A stretch of DNA of 64,000 nucleotides from an uncultured virus (IMG/VR IMGVR_UViG_3300042887_005170) (IMGVR_UViG_3300042887_005170), one strand, 5' to 3'. Positions 39,597 through 49,214 are shown, counted from the stretch's first letter. The notes: generated by a model from the sequence alone, not told the origin. Numbers and translations: made by a program.

Positions 39597-39714
39597 CTCG
39601 CTTCGGCCAACGATCAGTTGACTATTAGCACAAGGCGTGTATAGTGCTATTCAATAGCAGTGCCGAGGCACCTCTCGCGTACCTGCTTAACCCCCCACTG
39701 TAGAGAGGACTTAG

Positions 39715-40452
39715 ATGCTCACGATTCCTGAAATGCCAGAAGATTCAGCTACTTACGCTCTTACGGAGCAGCAGGAGAGGGTCTGGAAACAGATGCGGCT
39801 CCTCCAGTCCCTCAACGGAGGGCGCCCCGCCACACAGACGGAAATCAGCAAAGCTCTCGGACTTAAGTCTAAGCAGGGTTGCGCAGTTCACTTCGAGCCG
39901 CTCTCTCGCATGGGCTACATCGTCTGCACCAAGGCTAACGGCTGGCGCTGCTGGCTCGCTGTCGACCCCGACCCTACCCGCCCTCTCACGCCTTATACAA
40001 GGAACAGAACAAAGGGCTTCTTCAAGAACAGCAACAGCTACATCCCTGAGGGCGCCAAGTTCGACACAAGTAAGCCCCTCGACGACGATGGCTACATCGT
40101 CGATCAGGGCCCCACTGAAGAGGAGGGGCTGAGCGATAGGGCAGTCGAGACCTGGCGGGTCATGTACAGGCTGCAGAGCATGAGCGCAGGCTCTCCTCCG
40201 ACGCAGCAGCAGATTAGTCAGGCCCTAGGAATGTCTTCCGTGCAAGGAGCTCGTAGCCATCTTACCCGCCTTGTTCAGACCGGCTACGTTGTACATAGCC
40301 ACAGAAAGTGGTATGCTGTCATTCCGCCCCACAAGCGTCGCCCAGATTTCTATGAATCCGACGACACAGCCAATGAGCAGGTGCCTGCCTCATCGGATAA
40401 GCCTGTCCTCGCCCTAGAGAGCCACGACCTGCCCGACGATTTCGCAGAATAA
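39715..40452 (+). CDS. Tandem LexA-like winged-HTH DNA-binding protein
   Basis: LTEQQERV...PATQTEISKALGLKS...H...L...GYI occurs twice; no peptidase domain. Confidence 0.8.
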   Translation: MLTIPEMPEDSATYALTEQQERVWKQMRLLQSLNGGRPATQTEISKALGLKSKQGCAVHFEPLSRMGYIVCTKANGWRCWLAVDPDPTRPLTPYTRNRTKGFFKNSNSYIPEGAKFDTSKPLDDDGYIVDQGPTEEEGLSDRAVETWRVMYRLQSMSAGSPPTQQQISQALGMSSVQGARSHLTRLVQTGYVVHSHRKWYAVIPPHKRRPDFYESDDTANEQVPASSDKPVLALESHDLPDDFAE

Positions 40453-40501
40453 TAAACCAAAATAATAAACACAGTAACACCCCCACCCACAGGAGAGCAA
40501 G

Positions 40502-40843
40502 ATGAGCCTGATGACTAGAGACCTTATGATGAAGATCCCCTTCCACGAGAGCCGGCGTGGCCCTGACCCCACGGTCTACGCCAAGTTCTTCTGCCCCTAC
40601 TCCGCAGCCGCGTGGTGGGTCCTGGCCTACGACAAGGACGACACCCTTCTTTGCTTCGCCTACCTGGGCGATGAGGACATGGCTGAGATGGGCGACGTCT
40701 CGCTCTCTGAGTTAGACAACCTAGTTCACACACTAGGCCCCCACGGCGTAGTCGAGCGTGATATTGCTTTTGATCAAAAGAAGCTCTCTGAGGCCCTCAA
40801 AGAGCACGGCCTAGCCAAGGCAGCAGCGCGCTTCGCGCGCTAA
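40502..40843 (+). CDS. DUF2958-like protein
   Basis: AKFFCP...WW...LG..EMGDVSLSEL...VERD..F. Confidence 0.8.
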   Translation: MSLMTRDLMMKIPFHESRRGPDPTVYAKFFCPYSAAAWWVLAYDKDDTLLCFAYLGDEDMAEMGDVSLSELDNLVHTLGPHGVVERDIAFDQKKLSEALKEHGLAKAAARFAR

Positions 40844-40892
40844 GACTCGCATCAACTAAACGGTTACCCCACCTTAGAGAGAGGAAGAGAGC

Positions 40893-41357
40893 ATGGACAC
40901 CATCAAGCTAGCACAGAAATATGTAAACCTCCCGCAGTGGAGATGGATGCCCGGCATGAAGACCCTGGAGGGTGACCGCGTAATCGCTGCCTACAACGGC
41001 GGCGAAACGGTATACATTGACTCCCTCGAGCCTTCTTACACTCAATCTTACAATCTCTTCCCGCCGGAGCTAGACGCTATCGGGGAAATCCCGGAGCCGG
41101 GGACACATGTCGGCAGAGAGTTTTCCTTCCGGAAGCTTTCTGAGGATCAGCTCCCGGACCTCTCCGACCCGGCAACAATCGGCTGCATCGTTAGTCTGCT
41201 GCGCGTCACCTTCGGCAGCAATACAGCTTCAGCCACTAAAGACTATACCGGATGGGTCGTCGACGTTGAGTCCGACGGAGTAATCCCATCAGCCCTACCT
41301 TACCGCCCTACAGAGGCCGAGGCCATCTACGCCGCCTTTGTATACATTAACGAATAG
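40893..41357 (+). CDS. WxWxPGM/DPAT family small protein (paralog 1)
   Basis: WRWMPGM...LPDLSDPATIGC...TEAEAI. Confidence 0.8.
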   Translation: MDTIKLAQKYVNLPQWRWMPGMKTLEGDRVIAAYNGGETVYIDSLEPSYTQSYNLFPPELDAIGEIPEPGTHVGREFSFRKLSEDQLPDLSDPATIGCIVSLLRVTFGSNTASATKDYTGWVVDVESDGVIPSALPYRPTEAEAIYAAFVYINE

Positions 41358-41367
41358 AGGATAAGTC

Positions 41368-41748
41368 ATGGAGAATAGAGAAATAGGAGAGAACAACCCG
41401 TTTCTTGGCGACGTTAGCCAAGAAACCTTAGCTCAAGCTGTACGCGCCATGCGCTGCGAAAAGTGGTCAATCTCGGACGGGGTTCTGGACATCAGAGGGA
41501 CGCGCTTTAAGAATCTGCCAGATATGGCCGGCTTCAACATCGTCATCGCTTTCCCTGACTTCCGGGACGAGCTTACGCTAGGCAGGCTTAAGGAGCTGAC
41601 TCGCGCAGCACACCAAGACCCCGAGCTTTCGCCCACTAAGGTTCTCCCTGGAGTCTGGAGAATCACCGTCAATAATGGCGGCAGCAAGGTCACTGTCGAA
41701 GAGCCTACTGAGGCTGACGCATACCTTTATGCCTTGGAGAACGTCTAA
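41368..41748 (+). CDS. WxWxPGM/DPAT family (paralog 2, divergent)
   Basis: RAMRCEKW...FPDFRDELTLG...TEADAYLYALE. Confidence 0.75.
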   Translation: MENREIGENNPFLGDVSQETLAQAVRAMRCEKWSISDGVLDIRGTRFKNLPDMAGFNIVIAFPDFRDELTLGRLKELTRAAHQDPELSPTKVLPGVWRITVNNGGSKVTVEEPTEADAYLYALENV

Positions 41749-41749
41749 G

Positions 41750-42145
41750 ATGCCCGAGCCTAGCCTCTACAAAAAGGGTAAAAGCACGCCTAGGTGGGGG
41801 CTAAGTCGCGCAGCTTTCGATCTCGAGAACATAAAATCTTTTGCCCCCGGTGACTGGCAGGAGCTATCTCCTTCTGACTTTAGCCTCACGACGAGTGAGC
41901 TCAGAATTGTACTCTCAGTAACGCGCTTCAACAGATACGCGGCATTTGTCTACATTATTGAGCCTGCCATGATGGGCCCCTCTGAGCCCGTGCTCTGGTT
42001 TCACAAAGAAAATTTAGACTGGCGCCAGTCTCTATATTCTGTAATAGCAGGAGTGAGAGATGGAGTCGCAGGCTTCCCGGAGGTTCCGGAAGGCCCGCCT
42101 GAAATCGCCCCACAAAAAGAAGAGGCCAACAATAAAGCGAGCTAA
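41750..42145 (+). CDS. Hypothetical protein
   Basis: Start revised to MPEPSL. Confidence 0.65.
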   Translation: MPEPSLYKKGKSTPRWGLSRAAFDLENIKSFAPGDWQELSPSDFSLTTSELRIVLSVTRFNRYAAFVYIIEPAMMGPSEPVLWFHKENLDWRQSLYSVIAGVRDGVAGFPEVPEGPPEIAPQKEEANNKAS

Positions 42146-42164
42146 AGCTCAAGAAGGAGATACT

Positions 42165-42377
42165 ATGCCCCAAATCATTGAGACTACTGAGACGCCCGAG
42201 ACACCAAAGCCAGATATAGAAGCCGTTTATGAAGATGTCGAACAGCGAGCTAAAGCCAGGATAAAGACACGATTTTACGACTCGCTTAAACTTTTGTGGA
42301 CGGCTCTCACAGAGGCAACAGCCATAGCAGTCGTCGTGTTCTTTGTCGGCTTCCTATTAGACGGAACCTGCAGTTAA
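42165..42377 (+). CDS. Small C-terminal TM protein
   Basis: AAGGAG RBS before MPQIIE. Confidence 0.65.
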   Translation: MPQIIETTETPETPKPDIEAVYEDVEQRAKARIKTRFYDSLKLLWTALTEATAIAVVVFFVGFLLDGTCS

Positions 42378-42381
42378 CCAC

Positions 42382-42409
42382 TTGACATCCCAACGTTAGG
42401 TGATATTAT
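42382..42409 (+). promoter_or_regulatory. Sigma70-like promoter upstream of thyX
   Basis: TTGACA-N16-TATTAT. Confidence 0.55.
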
Positions 42410-42410
42410 A

Positions 42411-42447
42411 AAACCCTGCCCAAGCTAAAGCTAGGCAGGGTTTTTTT
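42411..42447 (+). terminator. Intrinsic terminator
   Basis: AAACCCTGCC/GGCAGGGTTT stem + T-run. Confidence 0.7.
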
Positions 42448-42609
42448 CGGAGAGCGCGTCGTGCCTAATGTCGTGGATATCTACGCAGCCACATCTGAAA
42501 TGTTTTCTTTTCTAGGCCCAGATGGGTTTAGTATGTTTTTTTGTTTTGTTTTGTTTTTAGGCGTTTTCTACCTTCTAGACTAACGCGAACTCTACCCCAG
42601 AGGCATACC

Positions 42610-43434
42610 ATGAGCAGAAAGATAGATGTTTTGGACCGCGGCTTTGTGCGTCTTGTCGACGCAATGCCAAATCTCCCTGGCTCCGCCGACACAGCAATTG
42701 TGGAGGCAGCGCGAGTATCCTATCAGCAGGGCACGACAGCTAGCCGCAATGAGCGAGGGCTTATCCGCTACCTTATGAGGAACTGGCACACCTCGCCGTT
42801 CGAGATGGTGGAGCTCAAGTTCCACCTCAAGATGCCGATCTTCGTGGCGCGTCAGTGGATGCGGCACCGCACGGCTAGCATCAATGAAGTCTCTGCCCGT
42901 TACTCCGTTTTGCCGGACGAGGCCTATGTCCCAAAGAGCAGCGACATTGGCGTTCAGTCTAAGACCAACAAGCAGGGCAGAGAGGATGGACTTTCCGCCG
43001 CGGACTCAGCTCATGTGAAGGATCTGATCTCCCATCAGAGCGCCGAAGCTTTTTCTGCTTATGGAGAGCTACTGAGCAAAGGCGTAGCTCGGGAACAGTC
43101 GCGCCTTGTGCTGCCGGTGAATACCTACACCGAGTTTTACTGGAAGGCTAACCTGCTAAACACCATGCGGCTCCTTCAGCTGAGAATGGATCCTCATGCT
43201 CAGAAAGAGTGCCAGGTCTATGCAGAGGCCATCTATGAAATGGCTAAAGAGATAGCGCCTATCACTATGGAGGCTTTTAGTGATTACTGGCTTGAGGGAG
43301 CTAAGTTCTCAGCGCAGGAGTGGACTTTACTCAAAAAGACGCTATCTTACAGCCAGATAGAAGCTGTTTTGTCCGGCGCCACATCGGTCTTATCTACGAC
43401 AGAGATAGCGGAGCTGCGAAAAAAGCTAACTTAG
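42610..43434 (+). CDS. thyX: FAD-dependent thymidylate synthase
   Basis: AARVSY, HTSPFEM, RQWMRHRTASINEVSARY, REQSRLVLP, HAQKE. Confidence 0.96.
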   Translation: MSRKIDVLDRGFVRLVDAMPNLPGSADTAIVEAARVSYQQGTTASRNERGLIRYLMRNWHTSPFEMVELKFHLKMPIFVARQWMRHRTASINEVSARYSVLPDEAYVPKSSDIGVQSKTNKQGREDGLSAADSAHVKDLISHQSAEAFSAYGELLSKGVAREQSRLVLPVNTYTEFYWKANLLNTMRLLQLRMDPHAQKECQVYAEAIYEMAKEIAPITMEAFSDYWLEGAKFSAQEWTLLKKTLSYSQIEAVLSGATSVLSTTEIAELRKKLT

Positions 43435-43444
43435 GGGATAGTAT

Positions 43445-43738
43445 ATGTCCGACAAAAAAGACGAAGACAAAGCCCAGGAACGAGATATCGTCACAAAAGA
43501 CATGGTCGAAGATGCACGCGCGGAGCTCGTGAGCGCCCAGTCTTTTTATGAGAGCTGTATCGCGGCTAGAAAAACAGCTGTATCCGAGACAGAAAAAGCC
43601 AGAAGCACGCTCGGCTCCCTCGAAGCGCTGCTGCAGCAGACAATTATTTTGGAAGGAGAGGCAAAAAGGCGGGTTCTTGAGTTTAAAGACAGGTATCTCG
43701 CTTTAGTCCTTGCACAATCTAAAGAGTTAGACAGTTAG
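43445..43738 (+). CDS. Coiled-coil hypothetical protein
   Basis: 97-aa ORF. Confidence 0.65.
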   Translation: MSDKKDEDKAQERDIVTKDMVEDARAELVSAQSFYESCIAARKTAVSETEKARSTLGSLEALLQQTIILEGEAKRRVLEFKDRYLALVLAQSKELDS

Positions 43739-43805
43739 CTTTCTTGCGCTGCGCATCTTATGTGCTATTATGTCGCGGCTTAAGATTAAACTCTAAGAGG
43801 TCTAC

Positions 43806-44810
43806 ATGTCTATATCTGAAACTGCCGACTCTTTTTTAAAGGGCGTCATTAATGTTCGCGACTCTGACACCCGCTCTATGTACGGCCTAACTGGCTTCAC
43901 TATTGTAGACAGAGCTCAAGCATTCCCCGGTATTTACGACTTTACCAACGGCACTAGCTTTGTAGAGCGCGGCTACAGAGGAGAGGTAGGCGGGGCGGAT
44001 TACAATATTGAGAAAGACGCAGACGACCCCACAGTAGCCCACAGAGGCCTCACTACAGCTTTAACCAAAACCATAAAAGAGGTTTTGCCTGTATACATAG
44101 AAGGGTATAATAACACGATAGTTTTAGGGAGCATCTTAGAGGACCTCAGCGAAGCAGTGAGCATAGACCAACTTGTTTATAAGGAGTCAGAGCTCGATAA
44201 AATGTTATCTGACATAGCAGCCGTCGCCACTAGACTGGACGAGGCAGCAGATGAGGAAGACGACTCAACTCTTAACGCCAGCATTGCCCAATCGCTTTCG
44301 TACGCCATTAGACAGTACGCCTTATTTAATACTATGCTCAATTCCCAGAAAGGAGGAAATATTTCTCTTTCTCCGAGCATTCTAGGAGACTTAAAAAGAG
44401 CCTCTGTGGCCTGCGCTAGCTCGCTTGGAAACTCATACGCTAAGATGCTCGTGGGCTCTGATACTTTTAGCGATGCGGATAGATTTAAAGACCTTACCCG
44501 GTCCATAGTCCTTGAGCTTGGCGGCGGCATAGCCACAAGCGAGTCGCTGGAAGAGTTTGTTAGAAATCTCTCCTTTATCGTAGATCTCTCCGATACCTAT
44601 AATCTTGATAAAGAGCCGCTTATTGAACAGCGCCTTAGAGACTGCGCTATGGCAGCGGCGGATCATTGCGGTGTAGAGTATAACCCGTCTTATCCACCCG
44701 GCATGTTTATTTACAGACTGACTCTCAACATGGCACCCGATCTGTCGGCCGATGTCCTGGATATGGCCTATGACGCAGTCGAGGACTGTTTAAATATCGC
44801 CGACTCTTAA
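43806..44810 (+). CDS. Protein with the shared C-terminal domain of the AT-rich family
   Basis: ...RLRDCAMAAADHCGV...DVLDMAYDAVEDCLNIADS. Confidence 0.75.
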   Translation: MSISETADSFLKGVINVRDSDTRSMYGLTGFTIVDRAQAFPGIYDFTNGTSFVERGYRGEVGGADYNIEKDADDPTVAHRGLTTALTKTIKEVLPVYIEGYNNTIVLGSILEDLSEAVSIDQLVYKESELDKMLSDIAAVATRLDEAADEEDDSTLNASIAQSLSYAIRQYALFNTMLNSQKGGNISLSPSILGDLKRASVACASSLGNSYAKMLVGSDTFSDADRFKDLTRSIVLELGGGIATSESLEEFVRNLSFIVDLSDTYNLDKEPLIEQRLRDCAMAAADHCGVEYNPSYPPGMFIYRLTLNMAPDLSADVLDMAYDAVEDCLNIADS

Positions 44811-44846
44811 TAAAATTAGTAACCTCAACTACCCCAAGAAGAGAAC

Positions 44847-45185
44847 ATGACCCAAGATAAGCTTTTAGCCTTAGGCAAGAAGGCCGCGCGCGCTCGGCGC
44901 TGGCAGTGGCTTCCTGGTATGCTCACCGTCGGCGGCTTTCGAGTCATGGACGCTCCTCCGGAGCAACCCGCCACCCCAGATTTCTCAGACCCCGCAACCT
45001 TTGGCGGGCTTGTCGCCATTTTCAGAGCCACAGGCAACGATTTCTATCTACGTCCGGCTTTCAATGAAGCAGACAATCAGATATGGGAGGTCGGCTACAA
45101 GGACGGCACAGAGTACGTTTGGAGTGTTTTCTCGGGCGATACGCAGCTCGAGGCCCTTATCTCAGCCCTGGTGAATCTACAATGA
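44847..45185 (+). CDS. WxWxPGM/DPAT family (paralog 3)
   Basis: WQWLPGM...PDFSDPATFGGL...TQLEALISAL. Confidence 0.8.
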   Translation: MTQDKLLALGKKAARARRWQWLPGMLTVGGFRVMDAPPEQPATPDFSDPATFGGLVAIFRATGNDFYLRPAFNEADNQIWEVGYKDGTEYVWSVFSGDTQLEALISALVNLQ

Positions 45186-45343
45186 ACAGAAGAGAAGATA
45201 GATTGGAGAGCCTTCGAGAGCAGCGCAGAGCCCTTGAGCGTTTTTTGCTCGCAGGGGCCTATCTTAAGCCCGAGACGCTGAATGACTTCAAGGACCGACT
45301 AAAGAATGTCGAGGAAGAGATAAAAAATACTGAAAATTTTTAA
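45182..45343 (+). CDS. Small helical-hairpin protein
   Basis: MNRREDRLESLREQ..., coupled to the upstream stop. Confidence 0.6.
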   Translation: MNRREDRLESLREQRRALERFLLAGAYLKPETLNDFKDRLKNVEEEIKNTENF

Positions 45344-45355
45344 AAGAGGTATGCC

Positions 45356-45514
45356 GTGGCTACTAGAGAAGAGCAGCTGGAGTTTTATAAGCAGCAGAGA
45401 GATTATGTTTTAGCTGAGCTGGCAGACCCAAACACCCCTGAGTACGCAAAGCCAGCCCTGCGCTACCGGATAGAGTTTTTAGATTTTCAAATTAAAAGTT
45501 TAGAGCTCGGCTAA
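45356..45514 (+). CDS. Small helical-hairpin protein (not in ORF track)
   Basis: GTG start after AGAGGT; MATREEQLEFYKQQRDYVLAEL...LELG*; resembles the previous ORF. Confidence 0.55.
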   Translation: MATREEQLEFYKQQRDYVLAELADPNTPEYAKPALRYRIEFLDFQIKSLELG

Positions 45515-45664
45515 TAGCCTATACTACCCCAACGAGAGCAGCCATGCCGGTAGCCCACACTCTACTAGCAGCCGCAGCGAGTCAAAATAACGACCCGCTG
45601 CTTCTGCTGTTTATGATTATCTTTTTTGTTTACGTTATTGTACTCATGCTTAGGGAGCTCTGAG

Positions 45665-46045
45665 ATGTCGTTAAATTATAAGAAGCTGATTGAGCTCGGC
45701 GTACGATGCACTAAGGCGCCCGCATGGCGCTGGGGGCCAGGAATGAAGACACTCACAGGCGCAAGAGTGCTTGACATTGAGAAAGACACTGGTATAGTGT
45801 GGGCCGCAAGTTACAAAGACAAACTCTTCGAGCTTGACCTCACCACAGAGCTGCCGGATTTGTCTGATTCTGCCACTCGAGGCTGTGTAGTTACTTTGAT
45901 TAGAGAGCGTCTAAAGTCTCCGAGCGCCTCTACCACCCTCATTGCAGGGTCCTGGCTAATCTCCATGGGCACTATTTTATTGATAGACCTAGGATACAAT
46001 ACAGAAGAAGAGGCAATCACTAGCGCTCTTCAGGACGACACTTAA
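45665..46045 (+). CDS. WxWxPGM/DPAT family (paralog 4)
   Basis: WRWGPGM...LPDLSDSATRGC...TEEEAITSAL. Confidence 0.8.
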   Translation: MSLNYKKLIELGVRCTKAPAWRWGPGMKTLTGARVLDIEKDTGIVWAASYKDKLFELDLTTELPDLSDSATRGCVVTLIRERLKSPSASTTLIAGSWLISMGTILLIDLGYNTEEEAITSALQDDT

Positions 46046-46056
46046 GGACAAAGACA

Positions 46057-46509
46057 ATGAATAAAGAGCTTCAGGATAAACTCTACAGCAAATACCCGGA
46101 CCTCTTCGCGCAGAAAGACCTACCGATGACGGTCACCGCCATGTGCTGGGGCATCGACACGGGAGATGGCTGGTACGATTTAATCGATAAGATGTGCGCA
46201 GACATCACGGCATATGTAGCCGCTAAAAAGGCCGAGCTTGGCGACATCTTCCCTAATATTGAGTTCTTCCAGGTAAAAGAGAAGTTTGGAATACTTAGGG
46301 TATACACCAACTATCACAACGAAGCGGTGGATCAGATTGTCCAAGCCGCCGCCGTACGCTCCAGGACTACCTGCTCTAACTGCGGCTCACCGGAAGCAAA
46401 AAACAGCCATATCGCACACTGGGTTCACACATACTGCACACCCTGCAGAGATGAGTACGTAAGACAGACAGGCCGCGAACAGGACCTCGATGAAGACGAC
46501 GACGATTAA
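46057..46509 (+). CDS. Conserved phage hypothetical protein (QVKEKFG family) with Zn ribbon
   Basis: GDGWYDLI...QVKEKFGILRVY...CSNCG...CTPC. Confidence 0.8.
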   Translation: MNKELQDKLYSKYPDLFAQKDLPMTVTAMCWGIDTGDGWYDLIDKMCADITAYVAAKKAELGDIFPNIEFFQVKEKFGILRVYTNYHNEAVDQIVQAAAVRSRTTCSNCGSPEAKNSHIAHWVHTYCTPCRDEYVRQTGREQDLDEDDDD

Positions 46510-46729
46510 ATTGTGACTAACTTGTTTTGATGTAGTTTAGATAAATAGCCCTGTCGCTAGCCTGTAGAGAGGCCAACATGAAAATGCTCCTGTATATACC
46601 TACTAGCGCCACTATTAATGACTACGCCACTGCTGCTTACATACTCTTAGTTTTGTACTGGGTTATCTGGGCTCTGTTTCCGGCTTCGGAGCATGAAAAT
46701 AAAAACACTGAGTCCTAGGAGCAGAAATT

Positions 46730-47122
46730 ATGGATAATGCAGAGTTAATCGATGAGATTTATGAAAGGTCCCTCGCCGAGCGCGCCATTGTCTGCAAGGG
46801 GTGGATTTGGGGAGCCGGTATGCTTGTCTCATTGCCTCCTGAGAAAGGGAGCGAGAAGAGAACAACTCGGCGCCTAGTCGACGGGGAGTCAGTAAGTGCT
46901 AAATCCGGCGTTCTTCCTGTCCTGCGTGACGCCCCTACTCGCGGATGTCTTTTGGCGATTGTACGAAGAGCCTACAACGCAGACGTGCTCGTTGTCCCCG
47001 ACGTGACTTCGAGAACGTCACCTAGCTGGAGAATTTTAGCCAAGAAAGGCCTTGAGAAGAAACTGTATGCAACGGAGGCCGAGGCCTTAGTGGCAGCTTT
47101 GGAGGCAGCTAATGGGGACTAA
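46730..47122 (+). CDS. WxWxPGM/DPAT family (paralog 5)
   Basis: RAIVCKGWIWGAGM...DAPTRGCLL...TEAEALVAALE. Confidence 0.8.
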   Translation: MDNAELIDEIYERSLAERAIVCKGWIWGAGMLVSLPPEKGSEKRTTRRLVDGESVSAKSGVLPVLRDAPTRGCLLAIVRRAYNADVLVVPDVTSRTSPSWRILAKKGLEKKLYATEAEALVAALEAANGD

Positions 47123-47516
47123 TTACTACATGAGGAAGGGCGAGTGGTTGCCCGAAGTTTCCGATTGGGGCCACCCGCTGTATGGCCTTATCCGAGATGG
47201 GTCGGGCCGTCCTGCGCAGATCCACATCGGCAAGTCGAGTTTCGGTTGGTGCTTCTCGCTCCATGTGATCCCCGAGCAAGGCATTAGCAATCTGCGCGAT
47301 TGGAAGGCGTTGGTTGAGCGGCTACTCGCAGACGGTTGGCGCATCGAGGACGAGTACCGAGAAATCATCGCGCTTGACGAACTGTGGAAGATTGTTGAGC
47401 GGGTCGATTGGGAACGGCAGTACGGAAGGCCGCTCAATCGGCACGATGTTGACGGCGACCACTGCATCGGCCACGGCGAGGGTCTTTATGATTACGTCGT
47501 CGGCGACTTCTCCTAA
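47112..47516 (+). CDS. Conserved phage hypothetical protein
   Basis: MGTNYY...HIGKSSFGWCFSL...IEDEY...GDFS. Confidence 0.75.
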   Translation: MGTNYYMRKGEWLPEVSDWGHPLYGLIRDGSGRPAQIHIGKSSFGWCFSLHVIPEQGISNLRDWKALVERLLADGWRIEDEYREIIALDELWKIVERVDWERQYGRPLNRHDVDGDHCIGHGEGLYDYVVGDFS

Positions 47517-47530
47517 CATCAGGAACAACA

Positions 47531-47896
47531 ATGACCCCTATTGAGTTTACCATCTTAGCAAACCGAGCAATTGCCTGCCCTAAGTGGCAGTGGCTTCCTG
47601 GAATGCATGTGATCTGCCCGCCAAAGCACGATGGCTCTACCGGATTTTTTGTCCGGGTAGATAGCGAGGACTGGCTCGCATCGCCCACAGATCTTCCTAA
47701 CTTTTACGACGGATGCACCCTCGGCGGGATGCTAGCTCTGGTCCGTAAAGCGTGGAACGACAGCAAGGCACACGTATCTCCCGTCACCCCAGGGGATACA
47801 TGGTGTGTTACAATTAAGCACGACATGGGCCATAAGTGGTTCTACGGAGCCACGGAGGCCGAAGCCCTCATTGCAGCCTTGGAGACCGCGCCGTGA
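47531..47896 (+). CDS. WxWxPGM/DPAT family (paralog 6)
   Basis: RAIACPKWQWLPGM...TEAEALIAALETAP. Confidence 0.8.
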   Translation: MTPIEFTILANRAIACPKWQWLPGMHVICPPKHDGSTGFFVRVDSEDWLASPTDLPNFYDGCTLGGMLALVRKAWNDSKAHVSPVTPGDTWCVTIKHDMGHKWFYGATEAEALIAALETAP

Positions 47897-48147
47897 TCAC
47901 CTCAGCACACAACAGCTCCCTTAATCTTGATGTTTACCTCACGCCACAGAGCGCGATAATGGCGTCCATCGAAGGCGCCGGCAAGATCGTAGCCCTCCCC
48001 TGGAGCCACGATAACTGGACGCATCTCTTTGAGAACGCGGGCTTTATCCGTCAGTTCACTGATGGAACATACTACGCCTCTCGGTCTAAAGAGCCGAGCT
48101 GGTGTGTAAAGCTCCTGCCCCGCGTTGCGAAGAATACAAACAGCTAA
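47893..48147 (+). CDS. Hypothetical protein
   Basis: GTGA overlap start. Confidence 0.5.
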   Translation: MITSAHNSSLNLDVYLTPQSAIMASIEGAGKIVALPWSHDNWTHLFENAGFIRQFTDGTYYASRSKEPSWCVKLLPRVAKNTNS

Positions 48148-48165
48148 CCCCAGCCAGGACACACA

Positions 48166-48651
48166 ATGGAAGAGATCTACGAATTTGAGACCCTCGCCCG
48201 CCGAGCCGTCGCCTGCAAACATTGGAAGTGGATGCCTGGCATGGCCGTTACGAGAAAAGATAACGACGTGATAGTCGACGATCGCTCAAAACTGTCGTTC
48301 AAAATAAGCGAGATTCGCGTCACCGCCGCCGCCTTTGAGGTCTGCGAGCCGCAACATCGTTTTGTGGACGTAGCAACGCTACTGAACGACAAAACGCGGA
48401 GTGTCGGCAGTATGTTCATAAAGGATCTGATCCCCGACCTCACCGACCCCGCCACACGCGGGTGTCTTCTTGAGCTTGTGAGGAAGGCGTGGAAACAGCC
48501 GAGCATCTCGACCCGCTATTCTGAGTACCAGGACCGCGTTGAGTGGGACGTACCTACGCCGGTAGAACAAGAAAGAATGCTTGATATTGTCTTTTTCACA
48601 GGCAAGACCGAAGCCGAAGCTCTGGTCGCTGCGCTCGAAGCCGCGCCTTGA
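48166..48651 (+). CDS. WxWxPGM/DPAT family (paralog 7)
   Basis: LARRAVACKHWKWMPGM...PDLTDPATRGCLL...TEAEALVAALEAAP. Confidence 0.85.
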   Translation: MEEIYEFETLARRAVACKHWKWMPGMAVTRKDNDVIVDDRSKLSFKISEIRVTAAAFEVCEPQHRFVDVATLLNDKTRSVGSMFIKDLIPDLTDPATRGCLLELVRKAWKQPSISTRYSEYQDRVEWDVPTPVEQERMLDIVFFTGKTEAEALVAALEAAP

Positions 48652-48674
48652 CCCCATCCGCGCCTATAAAACAC

Positions 48675-48702
48675 TTGACGGGCTTATATAAGTGGCTATA
48701 GT
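48675..48702 (+). promoter_or_regulatory. Sigma70-like promoter for tRNA-Tyr
   Basis: TTGACG-N16-TATAGT, 10 bp before the tRNA. Confidence 0.6.
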
Positions 48703-48712
48703 CGCCACTGCC

Positions 48713-48794
48713 GGGAGCATCGCATAGCGGCAATTGCAGGAGGCTGTAAACTTCCCGACTTCGGTCTACGATGGTTCGAGTCCATCTGCTCCCA
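48713..48794 (+). tRNA. tRNA-Tyr(GTA)
   Basis: GGGAGCA/TGCTCCC acceptor; GGAGG-CTGTAAA-CTTCC; long variable arm; GGTTCGAGTCC. Confidence 0.92.
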
Positions 48795-48818
48795 CTACCA
48801 TGACAGCGCGAGGACAAG

Positions 48819-49214
48819 ATGAGTGAACTGTCAAGGAATCCTTCTGAGTTGGAGACCCTCGCCCGCCGAGCCGCCTCCTGCAAGCACTTCCGATGGATGC
48901 CGGGTATGATAGCCTCGTTTGAGTCCTGGGCATGGCGCATCGGAAATGGCGAGGAGGTCAAAGGAGATTTTTTGCCCGACCTGCTTGACCCAGCTACGGT
49001 AGGCTGCCTGCTCGCAATGGCGAGAGTGGCCTGGGCCGAAAACCTAGGAAAAGGCGCTGTACCGTCTACAGTACAGACTCCTACCGGGTGGGGCGTCGGA
49101 GCTCAGTTCAGCAACGAAGGCTTTTCTTATATTGTTCTACCTAATCACCCTAACGAAGCGTCGGCCTTAGTCGCAGCGCTGGAGTCGGCGCCATCAGCTA
49201 AGGAGAAAAAATGA
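48819..49214 (+). CDS. WxWxPGM/DPAT family (paralog 8)
   Basis: LARRAASCKHFRWMPGM...PDLLDPATVGCLL...EASALVAALESAP. Confidence 0.85.
   Translation: MSELSRNPSELETLARRAASCKHFRWMPGMIASFESWAWRIGNGEEVKGDFLPDLLDPATVGCLLAMARVAWAENLGKGAVPSTVQTPTGWGVGAQFSNEGFSYIVLPNHPNEASALVAALESAPSAKEKK

Noticed and set aside
39715..40452. Calling this gene or 56966-57418 lexA
   Set aside because: Only the DNA-binding domains are present; no S24 peptidase or Ala-Gly cleavage region
42541..42609. N-terminal extension of ThyX in the ORF track
   Set aside because: ATG at 42610 has an RBS and matches the typical ThyX start; upstream is a T-rich stretch likely belonging to a small separate ORF
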